Shown: positions 38,221 to 48,110 of the stretch, one piece after another
Position numbering within the stretch: position 1 is the stretch's first letter
How the letters are laid out: each line of letters starts with the position of its first letter
Source: Bacteroidota bacterium
GTDB lineage: Bacteria; Bacteroidota; Bacteroidia; Bacteroidales; VadinHA17
DNA: 64,000 nucleotides
Reading direction: 5' to 3'
Assembly (NCBI GenBank): GCA_030596025.1
Contig: JAUVKW010000001.1
Location: 1,603-65,602 of the forward strand
Notes under the pieces: model-generated
What the model was told of the DNA's origin: nothing
Seen by the model: the letters and a program-made list of their open reading frames with translations, nothing else
Databases searched by the model: none
Position numbers and translations under genes: made by a program

Positions 38221-39537
38221 TTACTCCATTTTTACACCATTTTCAGCAAATATGTCTATTAATGTGCCTTTAAATTTTTCGAAAATACTTCTTTTGTTTG
38301 TTCCTTCCTCTTCAAAATCGTCTTCCTCAATAAGAGCAATCGGAACCTCCTCGGTTACTTTATTCATATTCTCATTTGGATTGGAATACTCAAATCCTTT
38401 AAGTACAAGGCCTATACTAGTAGAATACATGGGCTGATTAGTTTCCTCATCTACCTCGCCTGCCAGATGAAGATTGGGTAATCCGATACGCACATCCATA
38501 CCTGTTTTAAACTTTACAAGTTGAGGCAAATGCTTCAATAATGCCCCTCCTCCGGTTAAAACAATGCCTGCAGCCATTTTTTCAGAAAAACCAGAATTCT
38601 GAATTTCAAAACTAACCGCATCAATAATCTCCTCCATCCTGGATTGTATGATATATGCCAGGTTCTTAAATGAAATTTCTTTTGGTTCCCTTCCACTGAT
38701 TCCCGGAATAGTAACAACCTTATCAGCTGGGGCAATATCTCCAAGAGCCGATCCGTATTGAACTTTCAAAGATTCAGCCTGCCTGTTTAAAATGGAACAA
38801 CCTTCTTTTATATCATGGGTAACCACATTCCCTCCAAACGGAATTACAGCAGTGTGCCTGATCACATTATCGTAGTATACTGCTACATCTGTTGTTCCTC
38901 CTCCAATATCAACCAAAACAACTCCAGCCTCTTTTTCATCATCAGTTAATACAGCTTCAGATGAGGCAAGAGGCTCCAGTATCAATTCATTGATCTGCAA
39001 ACCTACTCTGTTAATACACTTCTCAATATTTCTTGCAGAAGCTACTTTTCCTATTACAATATGAAAATTTCCTTCCAGCCTTCTTCCTGACATTCCAACA
39101 GGATTTTTCACCCCTGTTTCATGATCCACAATAAAATTTTGGGGTAAAACATGAATAATTTCTTCTCCCACTTCTATAGGTATGTTACGCATATCTTCAA
39201 TAAGCTGGCGAATATCATCCTTTGTAATTTCTCCCTCATCAGAATTTCTATTGATATAACCCCTGTTTCTAATACTTTTTATGTGCTGTCCGGCAATACC
39301 AACGAATACTTCAGAAAATATTACACCTGACTTACTCTGTATTTCCTCAATAGTAGATCTAATTGCATTTACTGTTTCTTCAATATTCTGAACAACACCT
39401 CTTTTTACTCCTTTCGAAGGAGCTTTGCTTAATGAGAGAATTTCAAGTTTCCCATTTTCATTCTTTCTGCCAATAATTGACACAATCTTCGTTGTGCCTA
39501 TGTCAATGGCAGCAATTATTTTTTCTTTTTTACTCAT
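38221..39537 (-). CDS. ftsA: cell division protein FtsA
   Basis: 438-aa ORF with actin-like motifs AAIDIGTTKIV and VLVDIGGGTTDVAV. Adjacent to ftsZ. Confidence 0.9.
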   Translation of the reverse strand: MSKKEKIIAAIDIGTTKIVSIIGRKNENGKLEILSLSKAPSKGVKRGVVQNIEETVNAIRSTIEEIQSKSGVIFSEVFVGIAGQHIKSIRNRGYINRNSDEGEITKDDIRQLIEDMRNIPIEVGEEIIHVLPQNFIVDHETGVKNPVGMSGRRLEGNFHIVIGKVASARNIEKCINRVGLQINELILEPLASSEAVLTDDEKEAGVVLVDIGGGTTDVAVYYDNVIRHTAVIPFGGNVVTHDIKEGCSILNRQAESLKVQYGSALGDIAPADKVVTIPGISGREPKEISFKNLAYIIQSRMEEIIDAVSFEIQNSGFSEKMAAGIVLTGGGALLKHLPQLVKFKTGMDVRIGLPNLHLAGEVDEETNQPMYSTSIGLVLKGFEYSNPNENMNKVTEEVPIALIEEDDFEEEGTNKRSIFEKFKGTLIDIFAENGVKME

Positions 39538-39581
39538 AATTAAGTGTTTATCCGGTTAAACAATATTTCTAATAGTTTTCT

Positions 39582-40361
39582 TTATCTTTTTGTACAAACA
39601 ACCTGGTCTTTGAATGCCAAATTAATTTTGATGTATTTATTCCATCCCTCATCTTGAAATCCCTGATTATACAATGCATACAATTTGTTAAATTTATCCT
39701 GGTAATTACCAATGTCCCCAAACTCTATAATATGTGCCCCAACCCTGGGGATTAGCTGAAATTCTCCGACCTGAGTCAGGTAAATCTGTTCAACCTGAGC
39801 CCTCCAAAAATCATCGTTGTATATAAAAATCCCCAACTGATACAGATCATATATCCTTCTATATTTGGCATTTGTTTTCAGCTCAATAAGGTTGTCCCCT
39901 GGCGCTCCTCCAGCCAGATTCCAACCATTTGCTACCACTACCCGGGCTGTATAATACTCTCCCAGAGGCAATATATTAGCCTCTTTGTCTATATAGTATC
40001 CTTCTCCATGTTCATCAATTACTCTAATAATCGGTTCCTTTTGAGTTATGCATACATTTAATTTCCCGTTTGAACTTTTATAAACCTCCGTTGTTTTCAC
40101 AAATGGAGTATTTCTGATTTTTTCTTCCAATTCTTTGGTATTGACTTTACCCAATTTACCACCCAGAAGGTTTATCTGATCCTGAACAATTAAGTTATAG
40201 ATATCATTGCCTGACACAAAGTGATTCTCAGCAGAATCTACAATTGCAATATGCAATGACTGACATGGGGCTTTATTTACTTTATCTGAGACAAGACCGA
40301 GGACAACAATCAAATATGCCACCACGCCAGACAAGACCAATATGTTTAAAATCCTTTTCAT
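39582..40361 (-). CDS. ftsQ: cell division protein FtsQ-like
   Basis: 259-aa ORF with a single N-terminal TM and a POTRA-like region. Lies between murC and ftsA. Confidence 0.7.
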   Translation of the reverse strand: MKRILNILVLSGVVAYLIVVLGLVSDKVNKAPCQSLHIAIVDSAENHFVSGNDIYNLIVQDQINLLGGKLGKVNTKELEEKIRNTPFVKTTEVYKSSNGKLNVCITQKEPIIRVIDEHGEGYYIDKEANILPLGEYYTARVVVANGWNLAGGAPGDNLIELKTNAKYRRIYDLYQLGIFIYNDDFWRAQVEQIYLTQVGEFQLIPRVGAHIIEFGDIGNYQDKFNKLYALYNQGFQDEGWNKYIKINLAFKDQVVCTKR

Positions 40362-40362
40362 T

Positions 40363-41763
40363 TCAGTTAAATGTTTTCCGTTCCTCTAGTATTTTCACAA
40401 TTGGTTCCGTTAATACATTGATATCTCCGGCACCCATTGTAAGCAATACATCTGTCTTAATTTCCCGCACATAATCCAGAATCTGATCTTTATTCATAAT
40501 TGCTTTTCGCTTGATTCCTACTTTATCCAGAATCATTTTTGAAGAAACACCTTCAATTTCTTTTTCCCTGGCAGGGTAAATTTCTAAAAGGATCAATTCA
40601 TCCAGGTTTTCCAGACTCTTTGCAAAATCAATATACATATCCCGCGTTCTTGAAAACAAATGAGGTTGAAATATGCCGGTTAAATTCTTTCCTGGGAACA
40701 ATTGTTTAACTGATTGTATGAAGGAGTTTAATTCTACAGGGTGATGAGCATAATCATCAATATAGACAATCTCTGGATGCTCAAACTGAAAATCAAACCT
40801 GCGCTGAATACCTCGAAAACCAATAAGTGACTTCTTGATTATTTCCACAGGAATCTCTAAAAGCCAGGCTATAGATACAGCAGCAACAGCATTCTCAATA
40901 TTAATTTTCCCTGGCATTCCTAAACGCAATCCCTCAACTAAACCTCCCGGTACCACCATATCAAAAAGGTAAAATCCTTCAATCAGCTGAATGTTTTTAG
41001 CATAAAAATCTGCTTCAGAATCAAGTGAATAACTGAGAATATCTATACCGGTAAACTGATCCTCTGACAGTGGAAGATCAACCCCCTTTTTAAGTAAAAG
41101 TTTTCCTCCCTTTTTGATCTTTCCAACAAAAAGGCCAAAAGACCTTAACAAATTCAAGCGATCTTTATATATGTCTAAATGATCGGGGTCAATAGAAGTA
41201 ATGATTGCAGCGAATGGAGTTAAGTGCAGGAAAGAACGATCAAACTCATCTGCTTCAACCACGGCTAATTCTCCGGAGCCAAAAAGCAAGTTGCTATTAT
41301 AATTTTTTAAAATTCCTCCCAGAAATGCCGTGCAGTCAGTCTCCGATTGTTTTAAGATATGAGCTAACATTGCAGAAACAGTAGTTTTTCCATGAGTTCC
41401 AGCTATGGCAATAGTCTTAAGTTTTGCTGAAATCAAACCCAGAACTTCTGACCTTTTTAGTATATGATATTTATTGGCCTCAAAAAACTTCAACTCGGCA
41501 TGATCCTTTGAAACTGCAGGGGTATAAACTATTAGAGTAGAATCTTTTTGAGCCAGATTTGCAAAGGGAATAGGAATTTCGTCCGTATTTTCTGTGAAAT
41601 GCACCTGGCAACCTTCCGTTATTAACTGATCGGTAAGATGAGTTGAGGTCTTATCATAACCGGCTACATCAAAGCCCCCGGCAAGGAAATACCTTGCCAA
41701 TGCACTCATTCCTATGCCACCAATGCCCAGGAAATAAATTCTATGTATATCTTCAAATTTCAT
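40363..41763 (-). CDS. murC: UDP-N-acetylmuramate--L-alanine ligase
   Basis: 466-aa ORF. Motifs GIGGIGMSALA, GTHGKTTVSAM, DDYAHHP. Confidence 0.9.
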   Translation of the reverse strand: MKFEDIHRIYFLGIGGIGMSALARYFLAGGFDVAGYDKTSTHLTDQLITEGCQVHFTENTDEIPIPFANLAQKDSTLIVYTPAVSKDHAELKFFEANKYHILKRSEVLGLISAKLKTIAIAGTHGKTTVSAMLAHILKQSETDCTAFLGGILKNYNSNLLFGSGELAVVEADEFDRSFLHLTPFAAIITSIDPDHLDIYKDRLNLLRSFGLFVGKIKKGGKLLLKKGVDLPLSEDQFTGIDILSYSLDSEADFYAKNIQLIEGFYLFDMVVPGGLVEGLRLGMPGKINIENAVAAVSIAWLLEIPVEIIKKSLIGFRGIQRRFDFQFEHPEIVYIDDYAHHPVELNSFIQSVKQLFPGKNLTGIFQPHLFSRTRDMYIDFAKSLENLDELILLEIYPAREKEIEGVSSKMILDKVGIKRKAIMNKDQILDYVREIKTDVLLTMGAGDINVLTEPIVKILEERKTFN

Positions 41764-42878
41764 TGGTCATTCACTAGTTTTAGAACCTCTTCTGCAATTT
41801 TTCCCGACGAATCCCTAATAGCCATTTTTACTATATTTTGCGACAGCATGCTTAATGCCGAATCATCCCTTATCAAATTCAATGCTCTTACTATAAGTTT
41901 TTCAGCAGCTTCTGAATCACTTATAAGTTCAGCCGCATTTTTATCAACAAGGTTGCGGGCATTATGAGTTTGGTGATCTTCAGCAACATTGGGTGAAGGA
42001 ATCAATATTGAAGGCTTCCCGCATAAACACAATTCAGAAATGGTTCCTGCCCCGGCCCTTGAAATAACAAGATCAGCAACAGAATAAGCCAGATCCATCC
42101 TGGCTATAAAATCATATAAATGGATATTGCCGGGATGAATAGAATCAAATTCCTTTTTTGCCGAATCATGATAATATTTCCCCGATTGCCAAATTATCTG
42201 TATGTCTTCATTCTTCAGATCTCCCAACTTTTGTATAACAGCTAAATTGATTGTTCTGGCACCCAAACTTCCTCCCAGTATCAATAATGTTTTCTTCCCG
42301 GTTTGAAGATTAAAGTATTTCAGTGCTTCATTTATTTTGTCACCATTTTCCTCAAGATCTTCCCGAACCGGATTTCCTGTAAAAATAATTTTATCCTCAG
42401 GAAAATATTTATCCATTCCCTGATAGGCTACACATATTTTTGAAGCTTTTTTTGCCAATAATTTGTTAGTGATACCAGGATATGAATTTTGCTCCTGGAT
42501 TAAAGTCGGTATACTGTTTTTACCAGCAATCTGAAGTATTGGGCCGCTGGCATACCCACCTGTTCCAATAGCCACACAGGGATCAAAATCCTTAATTATT
42601 TTCCTTGCCTTTCTAAGACTTTTTGCCAAATTTATCAGCACCTTGATATTTTCCAGGCTTAGTTTTCTAATAAATCCGCTAACCGGGAGACCAATTATTT
42701 GAAAGCCTGCAGCAGGGACCTTTTCCATCTCCATTCTGTCTTCAGCTCCAACAAACAGAATCTCCGACTTTGGTTCAAGTTTCATTAAGGCTCTGGCAAT
42801 AGAAATAGCAGGGAAGATGTGTCCTCCTGTACCACCACCACTGATGATAAATCTTTTATTCTGCTGGTTCTGCTTCAT
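41760..42878 (-). CDS. murG: undecaprenyldiphospho-muramoylpentapeptide beta-N-acetylglucosaminyltransferase
   Basis: 372-aa ORF. Motifs GGGTGGHIFPA and ..SRAGAGTISEL... Confidence 0.9.
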   Translation of the reverse strand: MKQNQQNKRFIISGGGTGGHIFPAISIARALMKLEPKSEILFVGAEDRMEMEKVPAAGFQIIGLPVSGFIRKLSLENIKVLINLAKSLRKARKIIKDFDPCVAIGTGGYASGPILQIAGKNSIPTLIQEQNSYPGITNKLLAKKASKICVAYQGMDKYFPEDKIIFTGNPVREDLEENGDKINEALKYFNLQTGKKTLLILGGSLGARTINLAVIQKLGDLKNEDIQIIWQSGKYYHDSAKKEFDSIHPGNIHLYDFIARMDLAYSVADLVISRAGAGTISELCLCGKPSILIPSPNVAEDHQTHNARNLVDKNAAELISDSEAAEKLIVRALNLIRDDSALSMLSQNIVKMAIRDSSGKIAEEVLKLVNDQ

Positions 42879-44019
42879 TCAATAAATCTTTTTCAATGCC
42901 GCGACTTACGCTCAAAATAATTCCAAAAGCAATACTTGTAAATAATAATGATGAGCCTCCCATGCTCACAAAAGGTAGTGTTTGTCCGGTTACAGGGAAA
43001 AGATTAACTGCAACCGCCATATTTACAAAAGCCTGAAAAACAATCAATAAGGTTAATCCTATAGCCAGAAATGCAGGAAATGTTTTATTGGCTTTATGGA
43101 CAAGCGCCCCTCCCCGGTACAATAAAATCAGATAGGCAAGAACCAGTGGAATAGCTCCCAGGAAAAGGCCATATTCTTCAATAATAATTGCAAAAATAAA
43201 ATCTGAATAGGGATGTGGAAGAAAATTCCTTTGTGTGCTTTTTCCCGGGCTTTTTCCGAAAAACCCGCCGGTTGCAACTGCAATTTTAGCCTGTTCCACC
43301 TGGAAGTATTCATCAGAAGTTCCATCTACATAATTTTCAATTCTGTTTTTCCAGGTTGAAATACGGCCCTCCTTATTTACCATCAGGGCCACACTTACAA
43401 AAAGTACAAGTGCCAATGAGCCAATCCCAATAATAGCTGCCAGGTACTTAACAGGGACTCTGCCTATAAATAATAATGTTACAGCTGTGATAAATAATAT
43501 TAAAGCTGTTGACAGGTTTGCAGGTAATATGAGCATACAAACCAATATCACCGGAACAATTAAAGGCCGGAAGGCTTCTTTCAAATTTTTGATTTCCACT
43601 TGTTTCATAGACAACAAGCGAGCCAGGTACATTATGAGAGCAAGTTTTGCAAAATCAGATGTTTGTATGGTAAAGCCAAGGCCCGGCAAGGTAAGCCACC
43701 TGGATGCTTCATTTAGATTTGTACCTATAAGCAGAGTAAGCAGTAACAAAGGAACTGAGGCAAAAAGGAACAACTGGGAAAGCCTGGAATAGTATTTATA
43801 CGGAACCAGATGGGTAATGAAAATGATAAATATTCCAATGCCCAGAATCACTCCATGCCGGATCAGGTAATATGTGGTATTCCCTCCCATATTTTTGTAG
43901 GCAAGAGTTCCTGTAGAGCTATAAACCGCCAGGATAGAGAAGATTGTTAGCACAACAATCACCCCCCAGATGATTCTATCTCCTCTAAACAATTTTTTTA
44001 CATTCTCTTCCATTCTCAA
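42856..44019 (-). CDS. ftsW: SEDS-family lipid II flippase/peptidoglycan polymerase FtsW
   Basis: 387-aa polytopic ORF. Motifs ..HPYSDFIFAIIIEEYG.. and LPFVSMGGSSL. Lies between murD and murG. Confidence 0.85.
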   Translation of the reverse strand: MRMEENVKKLFRGDRIIWGVIVVLTIFSILAVYSSTGTLAYKNMGGNTTYYLIRHGVILGIGIFIIFITHLVPYKYYSRLSQLFLFASVPLLLLTLLIGTNLNEASRWLTLPGLGFTIQTSDFAKLALIMYLARLLSMKQVEIKNLKEAFRPLIVPVILVCMLILPANLSTALILFITAVTLLFIGRVPVKYLAAIIGIGSLALVLFVSVALMVNKEGRISTWKNRIENYVDGTSDEYFQVEQAKIAVATGGFFGKSPGKSTQRNFLPHPYSDFIFAIIIEEYGLFLGAIPLVLAYLILLYRGGALVHKANKTFPAFLAIGLTLLIVFQAFVNMAVAVNLFPVTGQTLPFVSMGGSSLLFTSIAFGIILSVSRGIEKDLLNEAEPAE

Positions 44020-44047
44020 TTCACATATTGTAACAGCAAATGCCTAA

Positions 44048-45394
44048 TTATAAATTACGAACAAACTGTTTGAATTGTCTCCCTCTATCTTCATAATTCT
44101 CAAACAGGTCGAAACTTGCACAAGCTGGAGATAACAAAACCACATCTCCATTTTTTCCGATTGAATAAGCCATCTTAACAGCTTCTTCCATCGATCTTAC
44201 TTCTTCAATCTTCACGGGCATTTCCTCAAATGCACTGATGATTTTTGAATTATCCTTCCCCAAACAAATTATGGCCTTAACCTTTTGCTCAATCAATACC
44301 TGTAATGAAGAATAATCATTCCCCTTATCCACTCCACCTAAAATCAAAATAACCTCTTCGTTCATGCTTTCCAGAGCATACCAGGTTGAATTTACATTTG
44401 TAGCCTTGGAGTCATTAATAAACATAATTCCATGAACCTTAATTACAGGTTCAAGCCTATGCTCAACACCCTGAAAATCACTTAAACTCTTTCTGATTGT
44501 TTCTTTTCTAATGCGTAATACCTGGCCCGTAATTCCTGCAGCCATTGAGTTGTAGGTGTTGTGTTTACCTTTAAGTGCTAAATCTGTTATTGCCATGGTA
44601 ATTTTCTGGTTTTTATATTGAAAATTTATTTTCTCCTTAACTAAGTATGCATTTTGCCCCTCGATCTTTTTAATAGAGAAGGGCAACCTTCCTGCACCTG
44701 GATTCATCTTATTAAGTGCTTTCTTAATAACAGGGTCATCATCACAATAAATCAAGAAATCTTTCTCCGTCTGATTTCTGATAATCCTGAATTTTGAATC
44801 AATGTAATTCTGCATCTTGTAATCGTAACGATCAAGATGATCAGGCGTAATATTCATCAAAACAGCAATATCTGCTTTAAAATCATACATTCCATCCAGC
44901 TGAAAACTACTAAGTTCAAGAATATAGTAGTCAACATCTCCCTGAGCTACTTTCATAGCAAAACTCTGTCCCACATTCCCTGCCATAGCTACATTTAGTC
45001 CGGCATTTTTCAGTATATGCCAGATCATATTTGTTGTTGTGGTTTTCCCATTGCTCCCGGTAATACAAATTTTTCTGGCATTTGTAAATCTTCCTGCAAA
45101 TTCAATTTCAGAGATTACAGGCACGTCCCTGTCTTTTAGTTTTTTTATGATTTCGGCATTCTCCGGAATTCCCGGACTTTTTACCACTTCATCTGCCAGA
45201 AGTATTTTTTCTTCTGTATGCACTTTTTCTTCCCATTCAATATTGTTCTTATTAAACAGTTCTTTATGTTTATCTGCAATCTTTCCATGATCAGATACAA
45301 ACACCTCAAATCCCTTTTTATGGGCCAAATATGCTGCACCAGCACCACTCTCACCGGCTCCTAAAACCACAATTTTTTTCACAACTCTATTCAT
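44048..45394 (-). CDS. murD: UDP-N-acetylmuramoylalanine--D-glutamate ligase
   Basis: 448-aa ORF. Motifs VLGAGESGAGAA and GSNGKTTTT. Confidence 0.9.
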   Translation of the reverse strand: MNRVVKKIVVLGAGESGAGAAYLAHKKGFEVFVSDHGKIADKHKELFNKNNIEWEEKVHTEEKILLADEVVKSPGIPENAEIIKKLKDRDVPVISEIEFAGRFTNARKICITGSNGKTTTTNMIWHILKNAGLNVAMAGNVGQSFAMKVAQGDVDYYILELSSFQLDGMYDFKADIAVLMNITPDHLDRYDYKMQNYIDSKFRIIRNQTEKDFLIYCDDDPVIKKALNKMNPGAGRLPFSIKKIEGQNAYLVKEKINFQYKNQKITMAITDLALKGKHNTYNSMAAGITGQVLRIRKETIRKSLSDFQGVEHRLEPVIKVHGIMFINDSKATNVNSTWYALESMNEEVILILGGVDKGNDYSSLQVLIEQKVKAIICLGKDNSKIISAFEEMPVKIEEVRSMEEAVKMAYSIGKNGDVVLLSPACASFDLFENYEDRGRQFKQFVRNL

Positions 45395-45396
45395 TA

Positions 45397-46620
45397 CTAC
45401 CTAATCTTTAGTGTAACGATTGTAATTATTGCCAGCATAATTCCTATGATCCAGAATCGCAGAACGATTTTAGGTTCTGTATATCCCTTTTTCTGATAAT
45501 GATGATGTAGTGGAGCCATTAGAAGTATCCGTTTCCCGACACCATATTTTTTCCTGGTATATTTAAAATAGCTTACCTGCAAAAGGACCGAAACACTTTC
45601 GATAAGAAAAATTCCACACAATATTGGTATTAGTAATTCTTTACGAATCACTATGGCAAACACCGCAAGTATTCCACCAAGAGCCAGGCTTCCGGTATCT
45701 CCCATAAAAACCTGAGCCGGATAAGAATTATACCATAAAAAACCAATAGTTGCTCCGATCAGGGCACTGGCAAAAATCACCAATTCCCCTGTATATGGAA
45801 TATACATTATGTTTAGATAGCCTGCATAAATAACATTACCGGAAAGGTAGGCCAGTACCCCAAGAGTTGTTCCACTGATAGCAGTTGTGCCTGCAGCAAG
45901 GCCATCCAGTCCATCGGTAAGGTTCACACCATTCGAGACAGCTGTAACAATAAAAATAACTGCCAGCACAAATACCAGCCACCCCCATTTCTGACTTTTT
46001 TCTCCTAAAAATCCAACTATATATGCATAATCAAATTCATGGTTTTTAACAAAAGGAATAGTAGTTTTTGTCGACTTTACATCAATGGATTGTGATACGT
46101 CTCCTTCAGCAATCACATGTGTGTTGGATAAAGCCGGATGCTGCTCCCGAATAACAACATCATCGTTCAGGTATAATGTTAATCCCACAACCAGGCCCAG
46201 GATAATCTGTCCTAATATTTTAAATCGTCCTGCTAATCCCTCTTTATTTTTCCTGAATATTTTAATATAATCATCAATAAATCCAATCAGGCCCAGCCAT
46301 CCGGTAGTGATCAACATTAAAAGAACATAAACGTTTTTAAGATCTCCAAAAAGTAAGACCGGAACTAAAATGGATGCGAGAATGATCAGCCCACCCATAG
46401 AGGGCGTACCCTCTTTTCTGTATTGCCCTTCAAGTCCCAATTCCCTGACAACTTCACCCACCTGCTTTTTTTGAAGGAACTGAATAATTCTCTTTCCAAA
46501 AAGCATTGAAATTATAAGAGAGGTAATTATCGTGAGTGCAGCCCTGAAAGATATATACTGGAACATACCTGCTCCAGGGAAATCAAAGGCTTCAAGATAT
46601 TTGAATAAGTAATAAAGCAT
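45397..46620 (-). CDS. mraY: phospho-N-acetylmuramoyl-pentapeptide-transferase
   Basis: 407-aa polytopic ORF. Motifs [30 protein letters not shown]. Confidence 0.9.
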   Translation of the reverse strand: MLYYLFKYLEAFDFPGAGMFQYISFRAALTIITSLIISMLFGKRIIQFLQKKQVGEVVRELGLEGQYRKEGTPSMGGLIILASILVPVLLFGDLKNVYVLLMLITTGWLGLIGFIDDYIKIFRKNKEGLAGRFKILGQIILGLVVGLTLYLNDDVVIREQHPALSNTHVIAEGDVSQSIDVKSTKTTIPFVKNHEFDYAYIVGFLGEKSQKWGWLVFVLAVIFIVTAVSNGVNLTDGLDGLAAGTTAISGTTLGVLAYLSGNVIYAGYLNIMYIPYTGELVIFASALIGATIGFLWYNSYPAQVFMGDTGSLALGGILAVFAIVIRKELLIPILCGIFLIESVSVLLQVSYFKYTRKKYGVGKRILLMAPLHHHYQKKGYTEPKIVLRFWIIGIMLAIITIVTLKIR

Positions 46621-46625
46621 TTTAA

Positions 46626-48104
46626 TTAATTAGTTATTCCTGGTTCTTTGAAATATTTTCTCACCTCTTCCCTATCATCAAAATGATGCTTTTTCCCTGA
46701 TACCTCCTGATAAGTTTCATGACCCTTTCCGGCAATTAGTACAATATCTCCTGGTTGAGCTATCATACATGCAGCTTTAATAGCTTCTTTTCTGTCAACA
46801 ATAGACAGGGTTTTTTCTATATACTCATCTGGAATACCATGGATCATATCTTGAATAATTCTTGCAGGATCTTCCCCTCTTGGATTATCAGAAGTTAAAA
46901 TAAGCTGGTTACTATATTCAATTCCAATTTTAGCCATTTTAGGTCTCTTTAGTTTATCTCTGTCACCACCAGCTCCTACAACAGTAATAGTTTTTGAATT
47001 CTTGTTTTTTATCTTATTAATTGCTGTCAATACATTCATCAATGCATCCGGTGTATGTGCATAGTCAACAACAGCAAGCTTACCATCCATAGATCTTATG
47101 GTTTCAAATCTTCCTGGAACCGGTTTTAGCTTGCTAATTATTCTCAAAACTTCCTCTTTGTCCAATCCCAATAAACTTGATGCTGCATAAGCTGCCAGAA
47201 GATTATACACATTAAAATCTCCGATAAAGGGAACCCATACATCAGTTTCGTCAATTTTCAAATACGTTGCCTCAAGATTTCGCTCTACGATCCTGGCATT
47301 GAATTCATTCATTTTTTTCAAGCCATAAGTACTTATCTTAGCCCTGGTGTTCTGAACCATTACTCTTGCATTACGGTCATCTGTATTTATCAGGGCAAAT
47401 GCTTCAGCAGGAAGAGCATCAAAAAAATTCTTCTTAGCTTCAATATAATTATCAAATGTTCCATGATAATCAAGATGGTCATGTGTCAAATTGGTAAAAA
47501 TTCCACCCTTGAATATCAATCCTGCTGTCCTGTTCTGGACCAGAGCATGGGAGCTTACCTCCATGAAAACATGAGAACACCCTGCTTCTACCATCCTGCT
47601 TAGCATGTCATGTATACTTATGGCATCTGGTGTTGTATGAGTTGCATCAAACGATTCATTATGAATAATTGTACTTACAGTAGAAATTAAACCCGAAGGA
47701 ATTCCCAGTGCTTCAAATATTTCATATAAAAAAGTAGCAATCGATGTTTTTCCGTTGGTTCCGGTCACTCCGGTTATCACAAGATTTCTAGTTGGGTGAT
47801 CATAATAGGCAGAAGCAATAAGGCCAAGGCTTTTTGAGGCAGACTCCACTTCAATATAGCTCAGGTTTTTTTGAATTGAGTCTGGAATCTGTTCGCAAAC
47901 TATTGCGCTGGCACCAGCTTCAATAGCACGGGAAATATAATTATGTCCATCTAATTGTGTCCCTTTTATAGCAATAAACAAATCTCCTTTCGAGACTTTT
48001 CGTGAATCAATCTGAAGGTGGTTTATTTCAATATCAAGGGAACCAAGAACCTTCCTGGTTTTAATTCCTTCCAATATATCTCCTAATAAGCTCATAATAT
48101 TCAA
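46626..48104 (-). CDS. murE: UDP-N-acetylmuramoyl-L-alanyl-D-glutamate--2,6-diaminopimelate ligase
   Basis: 492-aa ORF. Motifs GTNGKTS and VDYAHTPD. The DNPR motif ([10 protein letters not shown]) indicates a meso-DAP type enzyme. Confidence 0.9.
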   Translation of the reverse strand: MNIMSLLGDILEGIKTRKVLGSLDIEINHLQIDSRKVSKGDLFIAIKGTQLDGHNYISRAIEAGASAIVCEQIPDSIQKNLSYIEVESASKSLGLIASAYYDHPTRNLVITGVTGTNGKTSIATFLYEIFEALGIPSGLISTVSTIIHNESFDATHTTPDAISIHDMLSRMVEAGCSHVFMEVSSHALVQNRTAGLIFKGGIFTNLTHDHLDYHGTFDNYIEAKKNFFDALPAEAFALINTDDRNARVMVQNTRAKISTYGLKKMNEFNARIVERNLEATYLKIDETDVWVPFIGDFNVYNLLAAYAASSLLGLDKEEVLRIISKLKPVPGRFETIRSMDGKLAVVDYAHTPDALMNVLTAINKIKNKNSKTITVVGAGGDRDKLKRPKMAKIGIEYSNQLILTSDNPRGEDPARIIQDMIHGIPDEYIEKTLSIVDRKEAIKAACMIAQPGDIVLIAGKGHETYQEVSGKKHHFDDREEVRKYFKEPGITN

Positions 48105-48110
48105 ACCTCT

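Noticed and set aside
45394-46626. Absence of murF (and ddl) from the dcw cluster between murE and mraY
   Set aside because: murE and mraY are separated by only 5 nt, so nothing is missing locally. As far as I recall, a dcw cluster without murF is the normal arrangement in Bacteroidota.
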